A stretch of DNA of 64,000 nt, from positions 42,470,001 through 42,534,000 of the forward strand of contig NC_042997.1 of assembly GCF_006345805.1 (NCBI RefSeq), in the 5' to 3' direction. The translations under genes and the position numbers were made by a program. This document shows, in pieces, positions 1 to 13,588 of this stretch. The stretch comes from Octopus sinensis (Eukaryota). The stretch's first letter is position 1. Each line of letters opens with the position of its first letter. The notes under the pieces are model-generated. The model saw only the letters and a list, made by a program, of their open reading frames with translations, did not search any database and had not been told where the DNA came from.

Positions 1-1000
1 TAATAAAGGAACAAGACAGCCATCATGACCTCAGTGCTCGAGTGATACTCTATTTTTCTGACTCCAAAAACTGAAAATTGAACTCAATGGGATTTGAATT
101 CAGAATGTTAAGGAGTAGAGTAAATTTTTCCTTACACCATCAATCCAATGTCCAATGTTAATGAGATTTTATATTACTAATATTAACAGAAATTGCTTCT
201 AATTTAAGTACAAGGTCAACAAATTTTAGGGGAAGAGTTAGATGATGCCAATGATCCCAGTACTTCACTGGTACTTTATTGACCTTGAAATTATGAAAGG
301 CAAAGCTGACCTAGGTAGTCTTTGAACAAAGAACTAGGAATGCTTGCTGATTGGCTGTCGTCGTCGTCATCATTTAACATCTATTTACCATACTGGCATA
401 GGTTGGACAGTTTGACAGGATCTGGCAAGCTGCAGGGCTGTGCTATGCTTTGGCATAATCTCTAGGGATGCCCTTCCTAATACTACCCACTTTACATCAT
501 ATGCTGAGTGTTTTTTTGCTTTTCATGACACTAGCACTAGTGAGGTTGCCACGTAACTTGCAAAACAAAAGAACAGGGGAAAAAATGAAGAGGTGGTGTT
601 TTTATGCCAGGTTTTGATAGCCAATTGTAATTGTCTTCTATAGAGGAAATTTACAGCTATCCCACATTTAGATAAGGGTGGGTGTGAACAACTGGCAAGG
701 AGATAATCATTGAGGAGTACCAGAGCAAGCTCTCAAGGTACAGTAAAGTGAGCATAAGAGAAAATACAATGGATCAGGGGAAGGGAGGAGAGAAAAGGTA
801 ATAATGGTTTCAAATTTTGGTACAAGGTCAGCAAATTTTATTTTATTGTATCCAAAAGGACGAAAGGCAAAGTTGACCTCAGAAGTATTTAAACACAAAC
901 TAAAGAGCTGGAAAAAATGCCAACATTTATCTGACATGCTAACAATTCTGCAAGCTCACTGCTTTAACAATAATAATAATAAAAATACTCAACTACTCAC

Positions 1001-1591
1001 TTGCTTGTGAGATTATTAAATGCATTATTGATAGCAGTTGGGTCATTTGGCACTATTGAATCAACTCGGTACACCGCAGCAATGTTCTCTTTCCGGTTTG
1101 CATTGATGGTCTTATTTTTAGTATTTGAGCTCCCACCAGACCTAGTGGGAGCTGAACCGTTTTTTGTCGCATTCGGTGACTTCTCTTTCACAGAATTCTT
1201 TCCACGCTCCATACTTTGAGATTTTCGTGCATCATTTGAATTCCCTCTGCGATTTTGGCGGTCATTCCCAGGTCGTTGGTTAGAAAAGCTCTTCTTTACA
1301 GGAACATTTTCTTTTTTATCCTTATCTTTCGAGTCATTTTTAGCTTCTCTATTTTTATCAAGTACATCACTGCTTTCTGATGCTGTTTCCCACTCCTCAT
1401 TTGCAAAGTCCGAAGAATTCTGTTTAGTCAATGTTGGTTTTTTGGCATTATATGTTGCAGGAGCAACACTACTACCTCTTCCTCGGCCTCTACCTCTCCC
1501 ACCTCTTTCAAAGTTACCACGACTGCGTTCACTGAAGGCTCCTCTGCGGGCAAATCGTGGTGGAGGAGGAGCGCGTTCATGACGGCGAGAC
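1001..1591 (-). CDS. PRRC2: PRRC2 coding exon 21 (RHERAPPPPRFARR..RGGRGRGRGRG..FANEEWETASESSD..)
   Basis: ttcttatggtag acceptor, AA|gtgagt donor, 591 nt, phase 2 to 2; conserved NEEWETASESSD; gene continues past the window start. Confidence 0.93.
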
Positions 1592-2276
1592 CTACCATAA
1601 GAAATAAAACTATTTCCAAAAATTATTTTGCCAAATCAAAAATTTTGTTTTATACTTAAATATCAAACTCAAATTTAGTCCAAGTAGTTTAAGGGAAAAT
1701 AAACCCACAATAGGCAAAAATAAAACCATAAAGGTTTGTTAAGTTGCATATATTATATACAGAAACATTCTTCGTAATTTTAAAATTCCTGAGATTAGCA
1801 AGAAAATGTCAATGCATTTTACAACTGGATTATTATCTAAATAGCATCTGTACAAAATATAAGTACTACCATCAAACTAATGTATCTAAAATTAATAATA
1901 TGCCATTACTTTTGAGTCAGTGAGACAATATTAACTGCACTTCAACATGTAGAATTAAAAATTATTTAATGCAAACCTAAGAATTAACTTTCATTTGAGA
2001 AGGTTTCGAATACTTTATTATTTCTAATATTTCAATTGTAAAATATTTTTAATAGAGCCTATAAGGAAGGAAAATTAATGAAAGGAATGGAACCTTAAAG
2101 AAAAGCATTTCTTCAACATTATTTTTCAATATAGAAACTAGGTGAAATAATCAAAAACCTTGAAAATGTTCCCAAGTAGAAGCTAATATTACAACCGCAA
2201 TAGGAAAGTGTTGTAAAAATAATTACATTTTTTCATAATTATTTGAAAAAGCAGAGTGAGATAATTCAAAATTTAC

Positions 2277-2427
2277 CTAGTGTTACGATTATTTTCCTGT
2301 TCTTCATTTCGAGTAACATTAGCATTGTTGCCACTACCATTTCCGCCAGCATTGTAACGTCCAAATCCTCGGGCTGAAGGAGGAGAAGAATAAAATCTGC
2401 TCCCTCTACTTCGTATTAACGGGCCAC
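2277..2427 (-). CDS. PRRC2: PRRC2 coding exon 20 (GGPLIRSRGSRFYSSPPSARGFGRYNAGG...NNRNT)
   Basis: poly-T then taag acceptor, AG|gtaaat donor, 151 nt, phase 1 to 2. Confidence 0.9.
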
Positions 2428-2658
2428 CTTAAAAAAAAAAAAAAAAAAGCATACGCAATAGGTTATGATGCAATTCCAAAATATTATTTCTAACTACTGC
2501 AAAAATGACAAGGCTATTTATTACAAACCTACAGAAGCCGGCTTTAGACTAGTAGATGGGTATTGCACTAGCTTGATCACTTGCTTCTCATGTACATGAC
2601 TAATATATTCAAGCAGCTTAAAAACAAATGATATGATTTCGAAGATGATGAGGCTGTG

Positions 2659-2766
2659 CCCCCTTACAAAATTCCTTACCACTATTGGGTACACTGTTTG
2701 AACGGTCTTTATCAAAGCAATTTCTAAATAAATCCTCACTCATTCATTTCAGGGGAGGTTTTGTAG
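2659..2766 (-). pseudogene. Degenerate intronic duplicate of part of PRRC2 exon 19 (source 7698-7803)
   Basis: Hand alignment: ~107 nt with 10 substitutions and 1 insertion; Arg CGA has become TGA in the copy. Confidence 0.85.
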
Positions 2767-3029
2767 AAACAATGAGCATTCTTGTTCAAAAATAAATCAC
2801 ATCAAATCTTTAGCCTCTTGAGCGAGTACAATTTTAAATTATTTTAAAAAAAACTTTATTTAAACAAAATTGTTTTTATAGCATTTACAGTGGTTGACAT
2901 ACTAATCCAAACAAAGCCACAAGCACTGTTTGGATTAGTATAATATAAGCATCAATCTGTGGATACATTTATTTCTAGGGTACTTATAAAGGTATATTAT
3001 TACTTTTAAACTTTTTTTTATTTTTATTA

Positions 3030-6000
3030 CGTGTAGATTTGTGCTGCCTCCAAGAAGTAAGGTGGAGAGGAGGTTCCGCTAGGTTCCTCACAGACCAAGG
3101 ACACAGGTACAAGATTTTCTGGGCAGGGAACATTGATGGGGTCAGGAGCGTGGGTATACTTCTTATAGAGAAATGGGTTGTCGAGGTAGTCAGAGTATGC
3201 GATAGAATACTTAAGATTAAGTGATACATCATGCGTTAGCAACCATTACCTCTGCTCCTCAGCCGGGACTACCTGATGGACAGAAAGACCATTCTTATAA
3301 CACCCTCTTGCAGACTAGCTTGTTGACGAATGACAAGGACCTTCTCTTTGTGGCTAGTGACTTCAATGGGCATGTTGGACAACATGCAGGGGGCTTCCAT
3401 GCTGTTCATGGAGGATATGGTTTTGGTTCCCACAATGAGGAGGGAACCAGGGAGTTTTGTGATGCAAGTGATGTTATGGTTTCCAATACTAATTTCAGGA
3501 AACCTGCCAGTCACCTTGTCACCTATCATTCTGGCAGACACACTAGCCAAATTGACTACATCCTTGCCAGAAAAAGGGAAAGATGGCTGCTTATTAAATG
3601 CCAAAACATTCCCAGGCGAATAATGTACCCCACAACAGACTAGTAGTCAGCGACTTCAGGATCAGCACTAAATGGATGCCCTGATGACGACCAGCATGGA
3701 GGAGAAGGGTCTGGAAGGTTAAAGATCCTGCAAATGGACAGAGATTTAGAGATGTATTACTTGAAGCCTTCGACGAAATAGAAGGGGACATGATGTGGAA
3801 GACAATTGGAGGGCCACTGACCAGATCTGTGGATAGTGCAAAGTCCCCTCAAGACCCAAGGTAACGTAGTGGTGGAACAATGTTGTTAACAGGGCTATTA
3901 GGGAAAAGAAACAAGCTTGGAAGGACTGGAAGAAGGGTGGTAGCAGGGAATTGTATCAGACTGCCAGAAGGGAAGCTAGGGGAGAGGTTTAACCCTTTAA
4001 TGTTCAGATTATTCAGTCAAGTGTGATGTTTGTTTATTCACATTGTTTTGAATTAATCATGTATTATCTTGTAGTTTAGAGATTTCAGTGATGCTATTTT
4101 TTAGTTTTAGAATGACATGGTAGGGCTGAGGTGAGAGGCAAGATCTGGTCAGTTTCAATATAAATCAGGTTAAATATTTTGGCCGGATATGGCCGGTTTG
4201 AACATTAAAGGGTTAATTAGCCAGAGGGGAAGCAGATAAGACAAAATTTGCCAATGTTCAGCGCTCTGAGGACCAAAGACTTAAGGTATATTTTGTTGCA
4301 AGACAGTATGTAAGAGAGAATCGTGATGTCGTAGGAGAGAAATGTGTCCACATGGATGATGGTTCACTTGCATTAAACAAGGCTACAGAGAGGTTTGGAG
4401 ATGCCACTATGAAAGGTTGCTCAATAAAGTGAATGAATGGGAGAAAGAGAGTCTGCCAAATGTTGACCCATGAGAGGGACCAGCTATCCGAATTGACAGT
4501 ACCTTGGTAGGTAAAGCATTTGAGAGTGTAAAGACAGGGAAAGCCCCCGGTCCACCAGGAATCATCACAGAGATGTTCAAAATACCTGGCAGTGTCGGCT
4601 ATAGCCTAGTCACTCATATAGTTAACCAGGTGATACATGAAGGAGTCATACACAATGACTGGTGTAGCAGCACTACAGTCAACTGCTACAAAGGTAAAGG
4701 TGACGTTTTAGATACAAATAATTACAGAGGTATCAAGTTGTTGGATCAGGTAATGAAGGTCACCGAGAGGGTCGTAGCCCAACTACTTAGGGAGAGAGTC
4801 AGTTTAGATGAGATGCAGTTTGGTGAGAGTTGGCAACAAGTACAGTGAAGAATTCCAAGTAGGGGTAGGGGTTCACCATTGATCAGTCCTCAGCCCCCTC
4901 TTATATTCCTCCAGACAATAACAGAGGAATTCAAGACAGGATGCCCTTGGGAGTTCCTCTATACTGATGACCTTGCTCTAATTGCTGAATCACTATCAGA
5001 ACTAGAGGAAAAGTTTCAGGTGTGGAAGCAAAAATTAGAATGGAAGGGCCTTAGAGTCAACCTAGCTAAAACTAAAGTCTTAATAAGTAGGAAGGCAGAC
5101 AAACCACAAATCCCTTCAGGTAAATGGCCCTGCTCAATCTGTAGAAAAGGCGTAAGTAGAAACTCTATAAGATGCACCCAGTGTAAGTTATGGACACATA
5201 AGAGATGCAGTAATCTCAAAGGGAGGCTAACTGGGAAGATAGTTTTTGTATGTGGCAGATGCTCAGGAGCCATAAACACTGAAAATGTGCAGAGAACAGC
5301 TTCTGTCACATTCCAGGGAGAAAAACTAGAAGTAGTTGATAGCTTCTGTTACCTAGGGGACCAAGTCAGTAGCAGGGGTATATGTTCAGAAAGTGTAGCC
5401 GCTAGAATAAGAATAGCCTGGGCAAAGTTCAGAGAACTCCTACTGGTGACAAAGAGCCTCTCTTGCTCAGAGTAAAAGGTAGACTGTATGACGCATGTAT
5501 GTGAACATTCATGCTACACGGCAATGAAACTTGGGCCATGACTGCTGAGGACATGCGTAAGCTTGCAAGGCATGAAGCCAGTATGTTCCACTAGATGTGT
5601 AATGTCAGTGTGCATACACGACAGAGTGTAAGCACCCTGAGAATAAAATTGGATTTAAGAAGCATCAGATGTGGTGTGCACGAGAGACTACTGCATTGGT
5701 ATGGTCATGTTTTGCAAATGAATGAGGACAGCTGTTTGAAAAAGTGTCACACCTTAGCAGTTGAGGGAACCTGTGGAAGAGGTAGACCCAGGAAAACCTG
5801 GGATGAGGTGAAGCACAACTTTCGAACATTGGGCCTTACTGAGGTAATGACTAGTGACCGGGACCTTTGGAGATATGCTGTGCTTGAGAAGACTCAACAA
5901 GCCAAGTGAGACCATAGCCCATGGCCTATACCAGTGGTTGTAACCAGCCCATTTATGAATACCCCTCATTCATTGCTTGTGAAGACTACTGAGGCAAGTG

Positions 6001-6620
6001 AAATCAAATCAAAATTGCTGACGTGGTTGACGACAGTACCGCCTGATTGGCACTCATGCCAGTGGAACATTAAAAGCACATCCGAACATGAGGTGTAACC
6101 AGCCCACTTATGTGTACCCCTCACTCATTGGACAATGAACTTTGCTTGCGAAGACCTATTAAGGCAAGTGTAAACAAACCATTTGCAGACATGGCCGATG
6201 ACAGTACTGCCTGATTCGTTCCACTCGTGCCAGTGGAACATTAAAAGCACATCCAAGCAGGATTGTTGCCAGCACCATATGAAAAGCACCCTTTGAGTGT
6301 GATCGTTGCCAGCATCGCCTTACCAGTACATGTGCCAGTGGCACATAAAAAACAACATTCGAGCGTTGTCGTTGCCAGCGCTGCCTCCCATGCAGGCAGC
6401 ACGTAAAAACACCTTTCGAGTGTGCTCACTGCCAGTACTGCCTGACTAGCCCCCGTGCCGGTGGCACATAAAAGCAGTCTTGGAGTGGTTGGCATTAGGA
6501 AGGGCATCCAGCTGTAGAAACTTTGCCAGATCAGATTGAGCCTCGTGCAGCTGCTGGCTCACCAGTCCTCAGTCAAACCGTCCAACTCATGGAAAGCAGG
6601 CGTTAAACAATGATGATGAT
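3030..6620 (+). mobile_element. Decayed RTE-clade LINE (AP endonuclease + reverse transcriptase with PHD-like finger + long 3' UTR), antisense in intron 19
   Basis: APE motifs CCLQEVRW, DFNGHVG, SQIDYIL. RT motifs GKAPGP.GI..EMFK, NYRGIKLL, FLYTDDL. C-terminal GRGRPRKTW. Ends in a (GAT)n tail. Frameshifts, stops, internal deletion at ~4823 and a nested MITE. Confidence 0.93.
3989..4216. mobile_element. TTAA-flanked piggyBac-type MITE (family A) inserted in the RTE
   Basis: Perfect 17-bp terminal inverted repeat TTAACCCTTTAATGTTC / GAACATTAAAGGGTTAA; interrupts RTE coding sequence. Confidence 0.8.
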
Positions 6621-6853
6621 GTTATATTGTCAAAGAAAACCTAGCAGCTGAATCTGCAGCTAAATAATTCCCTAATGTCTAGGTGAAAGATATTAACTCA
6701 ACACCTCACTAGTGCTGGTACCATGAAAAGAGAACCAATACACTGTGAGCAGCATGTACCAGGAAGGGAATCCAGCCATAGAAACTCAGCCAAAAATAAA
6801 ACACTATTCATATTAAAAACCATACAAACTCAAGTAGTATATAAACATATTCT

Positions 6854-7083
6854 TTAACCCTTTAGCATTTAAACCAGCCATATCCGGCCAAAAAGTATTC
6901 TGCCTGTTTTATGGTCAAACTGGCCAGATCTGGTCTCTCACACCAGCCCTACAATGTCGTTTTAAAAATTAACAGCTACCTCATCAAAATCTCATAGCAC
7001 CAAGATAATGCCTGATTAGTTCAAGGCAATGTGGATTAAAAAGGATTAATTTTAGCAGAATAATGCGAACACTAAAGGGTTAA
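6854..7083. mobile_element. piggyBac-type MITE family A, opposite orientation to the 3989 copy
   Basis: TTAACCCTTTAG...CTAAAGGGTTAA ends; interior matches the reverse complement of 3989-4216. Confidence 0.8.
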
Positions 7084-7152
7084 ACAATTTCTAAAATGCA
7101 ACTGAATAGCTCTTCTACAGAACAAGTTATTAGAAATAATTTTCAGAGTTAC

Positions 7153-7913
7153 CTCTGCCACGCCGTGATGGCTCGCCTCTTTGAATAAAAGCTGGATTTT
7201 TCCCTCTGTATCCTTTCATCTCATCTTTATTTTGCTCATTTCTATCACTGCGGTCTGCTTTCTCTTTATTCTTCTCATCCTTCTTGTCTTTCCAAGTATT
7301 TGTCTTGACTTTCTCATCTCTGTTATCTTTAATATGCTTTTTGTTATCATCATGAAGTGCTTTCCCTTTACCAGCAGCCACAACAGCATTGTCCTCCTCC
7401 TTGCCATGAGTCACATCTCTAACTTCAGATGTTCGTTCACTGCAACTTTCACTCGTTGTGCCACTAGTTTCATCAACAGACACATCACTCTCTTCATCAC
7501 GCCCCCGCCTTCGCTTCGACAGTTCTACTTCCACTTCACCCTCACTATGCTCACTTTCCATATTCAACTTTTCCTGCCATTTATTTGTTGTATATTTTCC
7601 TTTATGGTCTGTTGGGAGTCTGCGGTCATAGGTACGAAAGTCATTTCGCCCTCGATTATTATTGAAGCCACGACTTCGACCCCGACTACGACCACGTCCC
7701 CTTACAAATTCCCTACCTCTATTTGGTACACTGTGTGAACGGTCCTTATCAAAGCGATTTCTAAATGCATCCTCTCTCATTCGTTTCAGGGGAGGTTTTG
7801 TAGTCGTGCGAGTTTCTTTTTTCTCTTCCTTCACCTTTTCTTCTTTTTCATTTGGCACTTCAACAATTTCCACTTTTTGTGGTTTTTCAGTTTTAGTAGA
7901 TTCAGACAATGGC
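7153..7913 (-). CDS. PRRC2: PRRC2 coding exon 19 (charged; RGRGRSRGR / RRRGRDEESD motifs)
   Basis: poly-T then gaag acceptor, AG|gtaact donor, 761 nt, phase 2 to 1; ORF 7130..7909. Confidence 0.92.
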
Positions 7914-8759
7914 CTTCAAAAAAAAAAAAAAAATTAAATTTAAAGATTTCCATCTGTAGAGTGTTTACTATATAAAAATTAAGCTTACAAAGCTAAATTA
8001 CTTGAGTTAACATAAAAATCCTTGAAATTTAGGAAAAATATTTTGTAAATTACATAAAATATCAAATAATATACACAATTTCTTTCAGAAGACATTCAAC
8101 ACTATCTTCCAACAACTTTCAGATTATCTGATTTTGCTAGTAAAATTATCAGAAATTTTCATTTTTATCTATGGTTGTGACACCATGTATAAACATTCTT
8201 CTCTAAAATGGCATTTATCTTCCAAACTATTTTGCCATTGTCAAATTGAGAATTTCAAATATCACCTTTCTATCCAGCAAAATACTGATTAAAAATAATG
8301 TTGGGGAGCAAATGTAGCCTGTATCATTCAGTCAAGATCCCGTTTTTCCATGCAAGCATGGTTTCAACAGGAACTTAAGATTTTACAGCTGGATGCTCTT
8401 CCTATCAACCCCACCACATGCACTTTCTTTAAATGCCAAATGTGTTCGAAAACCAAGGGTAACCAGATAATGTCAACAAAGTAAAATCAGTTTTGCTGAA
8501 ATGTTAAGTTAAATAACTTTCACACATACATGTGTGTCCTACAGTTTCCGATACACCAAATTTCTTCACAAGGCATTGATTGATCTAGGGTTATAGTAGA
8601 AGACACTTGTCCTAAGTATCTAAAGTTGGACTTCACCCACGACCACTTGGTTGCAAAGGAAACTTCCTGATCATACAGCCATATCTGTGTGTGTGTGTGT
8701 GTGTGTGTGTGAATGTGTGTCTATGTACATACACATACTGAAAGTAACATTAACCCTAC

Positions 8760-8857
8760 CTATTTTCCTTCTCAGATACATCATCTACTTTTTCAGGCTG
8801 AGTCTCGGGGACTTTCAAATCTTTTGGTTGTGTTTTCTGGGATTCTTTGAGGGATTC
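8760..8857 (-). CDS. PRRC2: PRRC2 coding exon 18 (ESLKESQKTQPKDLKVPETQPEKVDDVSEKEN)
   Basis: tttttatctgtag acceptor, AG|gtaggg donor, 98 nt; supplies exactly the phase 0 to 2 step needed between exons 17 and 19; not in the ORF track. Confidence 0.85.
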
Positions 8858-11800
8858 CTACAGATAAAAACAGGAGTCAAACTTGTAAAGTAGTCAACAA
8901 AAATTTCAAAATCTTTCCAAATAAGCCTGAATAACAGAATTTACAAACTATATTGAGTAGGCTACATAAAAATTTAAAATTTGTTTTATATTAAAATATT
9001 AGTTTCCTTTTTAAAAATACTTTTTGCATAAAAAGAAAGAGCTACGATATATATTATTCAAGAAACTAAAGTTCAAATCAACAAATGGAAATTATTCATA
9101 ACTACTTTTCAAATGTTCAAAAATCCTATCAAATTTACACTGGAAACAAAAAGAGGCAACTGAATATATTGAAAAAAAAAACACTAACAGCATAAATTAT
9201 CCAAGTTGAAAAAAAAAAAAAATTAAATATTAGCTTAATGAAATTAAATATTAGCCAAAAAGTGAATTAAATTGACAAAACTTCGTAGTTTAAAACAAAA
9301 CAAACACCAACTGACTGCTATTTTATCCTATTTTTTATGCTCTGAACTGCAGCTAATTTAATTTTTCTATAAATCAGTTGAAGTACTACTAACCATTCAC
9401 AAGAACAATATTATACTTATTTAAATTACAAATAGTGGACAAAAATCAAATATTTTAAGAGAAGATTCATTTCAAATCTGTATTATAGGTTTTAATTACT
9501 ACTTTCATTAATAACAGTAAATGAAAACCTAACAAAAAAAATATATATTGTAACTGGGCATTTTACCAATTCAACAAAATGACTGCAAAAAAGAAAATCA
9601 AAGACAACTTATTACCCTAAAATTCTCAACAACTTAACCATGAAAATTTTAAAGGTCAACCAATCTAACTATTCAAAAATCATTAATGCTTTAAAAATGT
9701 ACAGCCTCAAAAATGTTAAACTTGGAGGTTAACATATTCCAATAATCAAGATAATGTACAACAAGTTTTTAAAAAATGTCACTTCTAATAGCAAATGCAA
9801 TAAAGGAGAATGTATTCATTTTGAACACATGAATTATCTGCTGCACAATTTCACGACTAATTCTGAAAAAATTTAATTATCTTAGCTAAGAAGATGGAGA
9901 AATTCAATGAAGCCAATTATACTATACTTATTTAATTATAATACCAACCAACAGAATCTAATGTTTGTAAAACAACAGACTACCAACTAGAAAAAAATAT
10001 ATATTTTAACACTCAAAATCAAATATATTTTGTTAGTGTGTGAGATAAATGTGTATTAAACAGTCTCACAAAAATATAAAAGATGTAATAACTACGTAAA
10101 CACACAATGACTATAAAAGAGAGTTATGAGGTTTGAAAATATGAGGAATGAAAGATATCAAATAAATTCAAATTGCAGTAATATTTAATCAACTTTGGAT
10201 CATCTTAAGTGGACATTCGGATTCCAAATCTATGGTAATAAGTGAAAATATCTTATGTTCAATTGCATCAAATGTGAAGGAAAAGTATTTCACATAAAAT
10301 GAGAAAAGAAAAAATAGAAAAAGTAAAAGGAAAACACTTCATAAAATAAATACTGAAGGATTTGAAACATCAGTTCATAATTATATTTTCAAACCTCAAA
10401 ACCAACCTGTTTTTTCAGAAAAAGGGATATTGCTGGCATCTTCAGGGAAGAAAAAAGAAAAAACCTAAAACAAATATAAAATGTAACCCAACACCAACAT
10501 GGAAATTGTGTTTTGCTAACAAAGTATTAACCAACAAAACCGGATTTCTTCCAACTTTGAGTTCTTAAAACAAAACAGCATGGAAGAAAAGTCAGAAATT
10601 GTCTATAATGAACTGGTAATTTCACTTTGAAAAAGACAAGCAAATCATTTGTCTTGCCTTATTAATTTGTCAACAAAAATGAACATCTTTGACCTTTAAA
10701 TAATTCAAAACAGAAAATCAAAATTAATATCAAAAGTAAATTTTATTAAATATAATATTACATATATTTCAATGAGCTCATAAGATTTTCCTATATTGTC
10801 TAGTTTCCTTATGTGGAATTGACATAGTAAATTAAATTACAAGGAACCCAAGTATCTGTTTTCAAATAAAGCAGCACTCAAATGTTTAACTCAAAACTAA
10901 CAGGACGAAGAAATTGAGAATAAATAAAATCAAAAGACTATCTTAAAAATTCTTTAACTAATACACTGAAAAGACACCAAGAAAACTAGTTAATAAAAAC
11001 TGATAAACTCTCAAAGTAAATTGTCTCAATATAGGTTTCTCAGATTGACAAAGAAAAAAGAAAAAAACCGAAGAAAGTCACAGCTAAATAGAATCTAACT
11101 ACTTTTTATCTGCTACAACCAAAGTTTCCGTGATATACCTACATTTTTGAGATTTCCAGAGCTTCAGCATCAGGGAATACACGCCAACTGCCATCGTCTT
11201 CAAAGTAAAGATGACCCTCATGGAGATTGGGTAGGTAGAAGAGCAAGTTCCAAGGTAAAATGAAATTATAGCCAAAATAGGTCAGCTGTGTTAAAAAGTA
11301 CAAATCTTTCCAGTATTGTGAATGTTTGGAGGACATTTTTTTTGTTTTGTTTTGTTTTTTATTTTGTTTTGTTTTGACATATTTTTTTTTACTTCCTGTT
11401 ATCAAGTCTGGAAATTGTTGGGTTGTTCTAGTAAACTTGGCACAGTCAATGTTATTGCGATTGTCGCAATTTTCTGCAAGATCCTCTTAGGGACAAATTA
11501 TTTGTAATGTGAAAAAAAATCCTTTCGAAGTAACTTCTTTTTCAATCTGGTGAAACAACTGGATAATTGAACAACTGCCATAACAGGAGGAATTGGTTGT
11601 CGGGTCAGAAAGGCATAGTAGATGTCTTGAAGGAACACTTGAGTAAGTAATACATTCTTGTATCCCAATGATAGTAGAAACTGATGACACCAACCAGATG
11701 ACTTTTTTCCCAGATACACACACACACAAACACATACATATATATGAAATACATATATATGAATACATTTCTGAGAACTAAGACAATGGAATTTGAAGCA

Positions 11801-13588
11801 GCAGCAGCAGTTTAATAAATTTAGAATAGATATATCCAAAAGGTGCCACTTCCAAGACACTACTAGTTGGTTTGGCACCAGACAGTACAGGCAAACAAAT
11901 TATTTGGACAGCAGAAAAAATACTCCTCTTTCATAATAACCAATGAAAAAAATCTAATACGTCAGGAAAGGGCAGAAGGGATGTAAGAACCTGGAACTAG
12001 TAATCCAACTGAACTGCATTACAAAAGCTGCTGCTGCTGCTATAATCCATTTTCCTGCTTAAGTCAGTGCCACCTGGCAATTGTACTTGTGATTTTTGTA
12101 CAGTTAGAAGTGTGTAATAAGCATATCAGCATACTCAGAGTATGGATTGGTGAAAACATGAACTTGCAAGCTTCACAACTAACAAAGAAGTCAAGATAAG
12201 AATTGAGCAAATATTTTCTAGTACCATTATTCAAAGAAGATATTAACTGCTAACTTAGCATGAATAGCTCAACTGGTAGTTAGTACACTTTCACTAACAC
12301 ACCAGAAAAGTTAGTTAAAAGGAATTGCTTTCCTCTAATCTAAAAAAAAAAAAAGGAAAAAAAAAAAACGAAGATTTGAAGAGATCTCTTAACTAAGCCA
12401 TTCCATTTTACTTGCAAGAGAAAGTTATATAAACAGGATACAAACTATGAAAAGATATCGGGTAAAGAGATTGGTTTTAACAGCAGCTAATAAACTAAGA
12501 AAATAACTTAATATGCAACATCCAGTGTAAAAGATGGATGGAATGGTTAATAAACCAATTTGTAAATGATCTATGCTAAGTGTAGCTCTTGTAGATGCAG
12601 TGATGAAAAACTAGATACAGGAACTTACAAAGTAGAATGAAAGATTATGAAAAATTATGGACACAATTTTCAAAAAAAAACTATCATCATTTATCCAAAA
12701 TGAAGACAAAAATGTTCATTTTTGTTGACTGATTATTTCTGCTTCCAAAATTTTTTCTTTATAATGAATCCAAGTAATTTTTGCCTGTACTGAATTATCT
12801 AGCTTAGCTTAGCATTGTATCTTTTCCTGTTGCTTTGTCAGGTCTATATACAAGTGGAGAAAAATAGATCTCAGTAGCATCAGCATTTTTACAATTGTCA
12901 CTTGAATTTATGACCTAACTCAGTAATAAAAGAAAAAACAAAAATAGAAATCCAATAAGGCAAATACTATGCAATTTTTTTAATGATTTTAATTATACAT
13001 AAGAAAAAGTGCTTTACTCTCCAAGCAATTCTACTAGAGATCTATTTTTATCCAAATTGCAATAATAATTTCATGCAACAATGAGAAAGCACTCTTTTTT
13101 AAAGAAAAAAAATATGTATTTCTGGTTAAATTCTTATACACCCATTCACATGGGAATTTGAGTAAATAAAAAAAATTGTTTTAATGATTACCAATATAAC
13201 ACATCAACATGCTTGATCGATGTGCTGTAAGACTGAATCCATGTGGAAACACTTCAGCAGAGTAAGAGCACACAACTATAGACATTATGTTCACCATGGC
13301 AAAGCCAGGCCATTGAAATAAGCTTTATTGTTAAAAATCTCATCCATTTCAGTGGCAAGAAATCCGGTAATGGTATTGAACATAAACGGTGCATGCAGAA
13401 ATTCAAGTTGAACAATGAGGATATTACTGGCATAAGCCAGAAGAGATACAGTTTATCTAACTATGAAGGGAACAATAGATGTGTAGACTTTAGTTACCGG
13501 CTGATACAGTATCGAAACAATGACAGCTTTCTTCTTGATGTTCAGGACATTAGATATTAGCATAGACAGAACGAGGACAATGATATAC

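Noticed and set aside
11139-11405. ORF considered as the exon between 13589 and 7913
   Set aside because: Hydrophobic, unlike the protein; the 8760-8857 exon fills the phase gap with better signals and composition.
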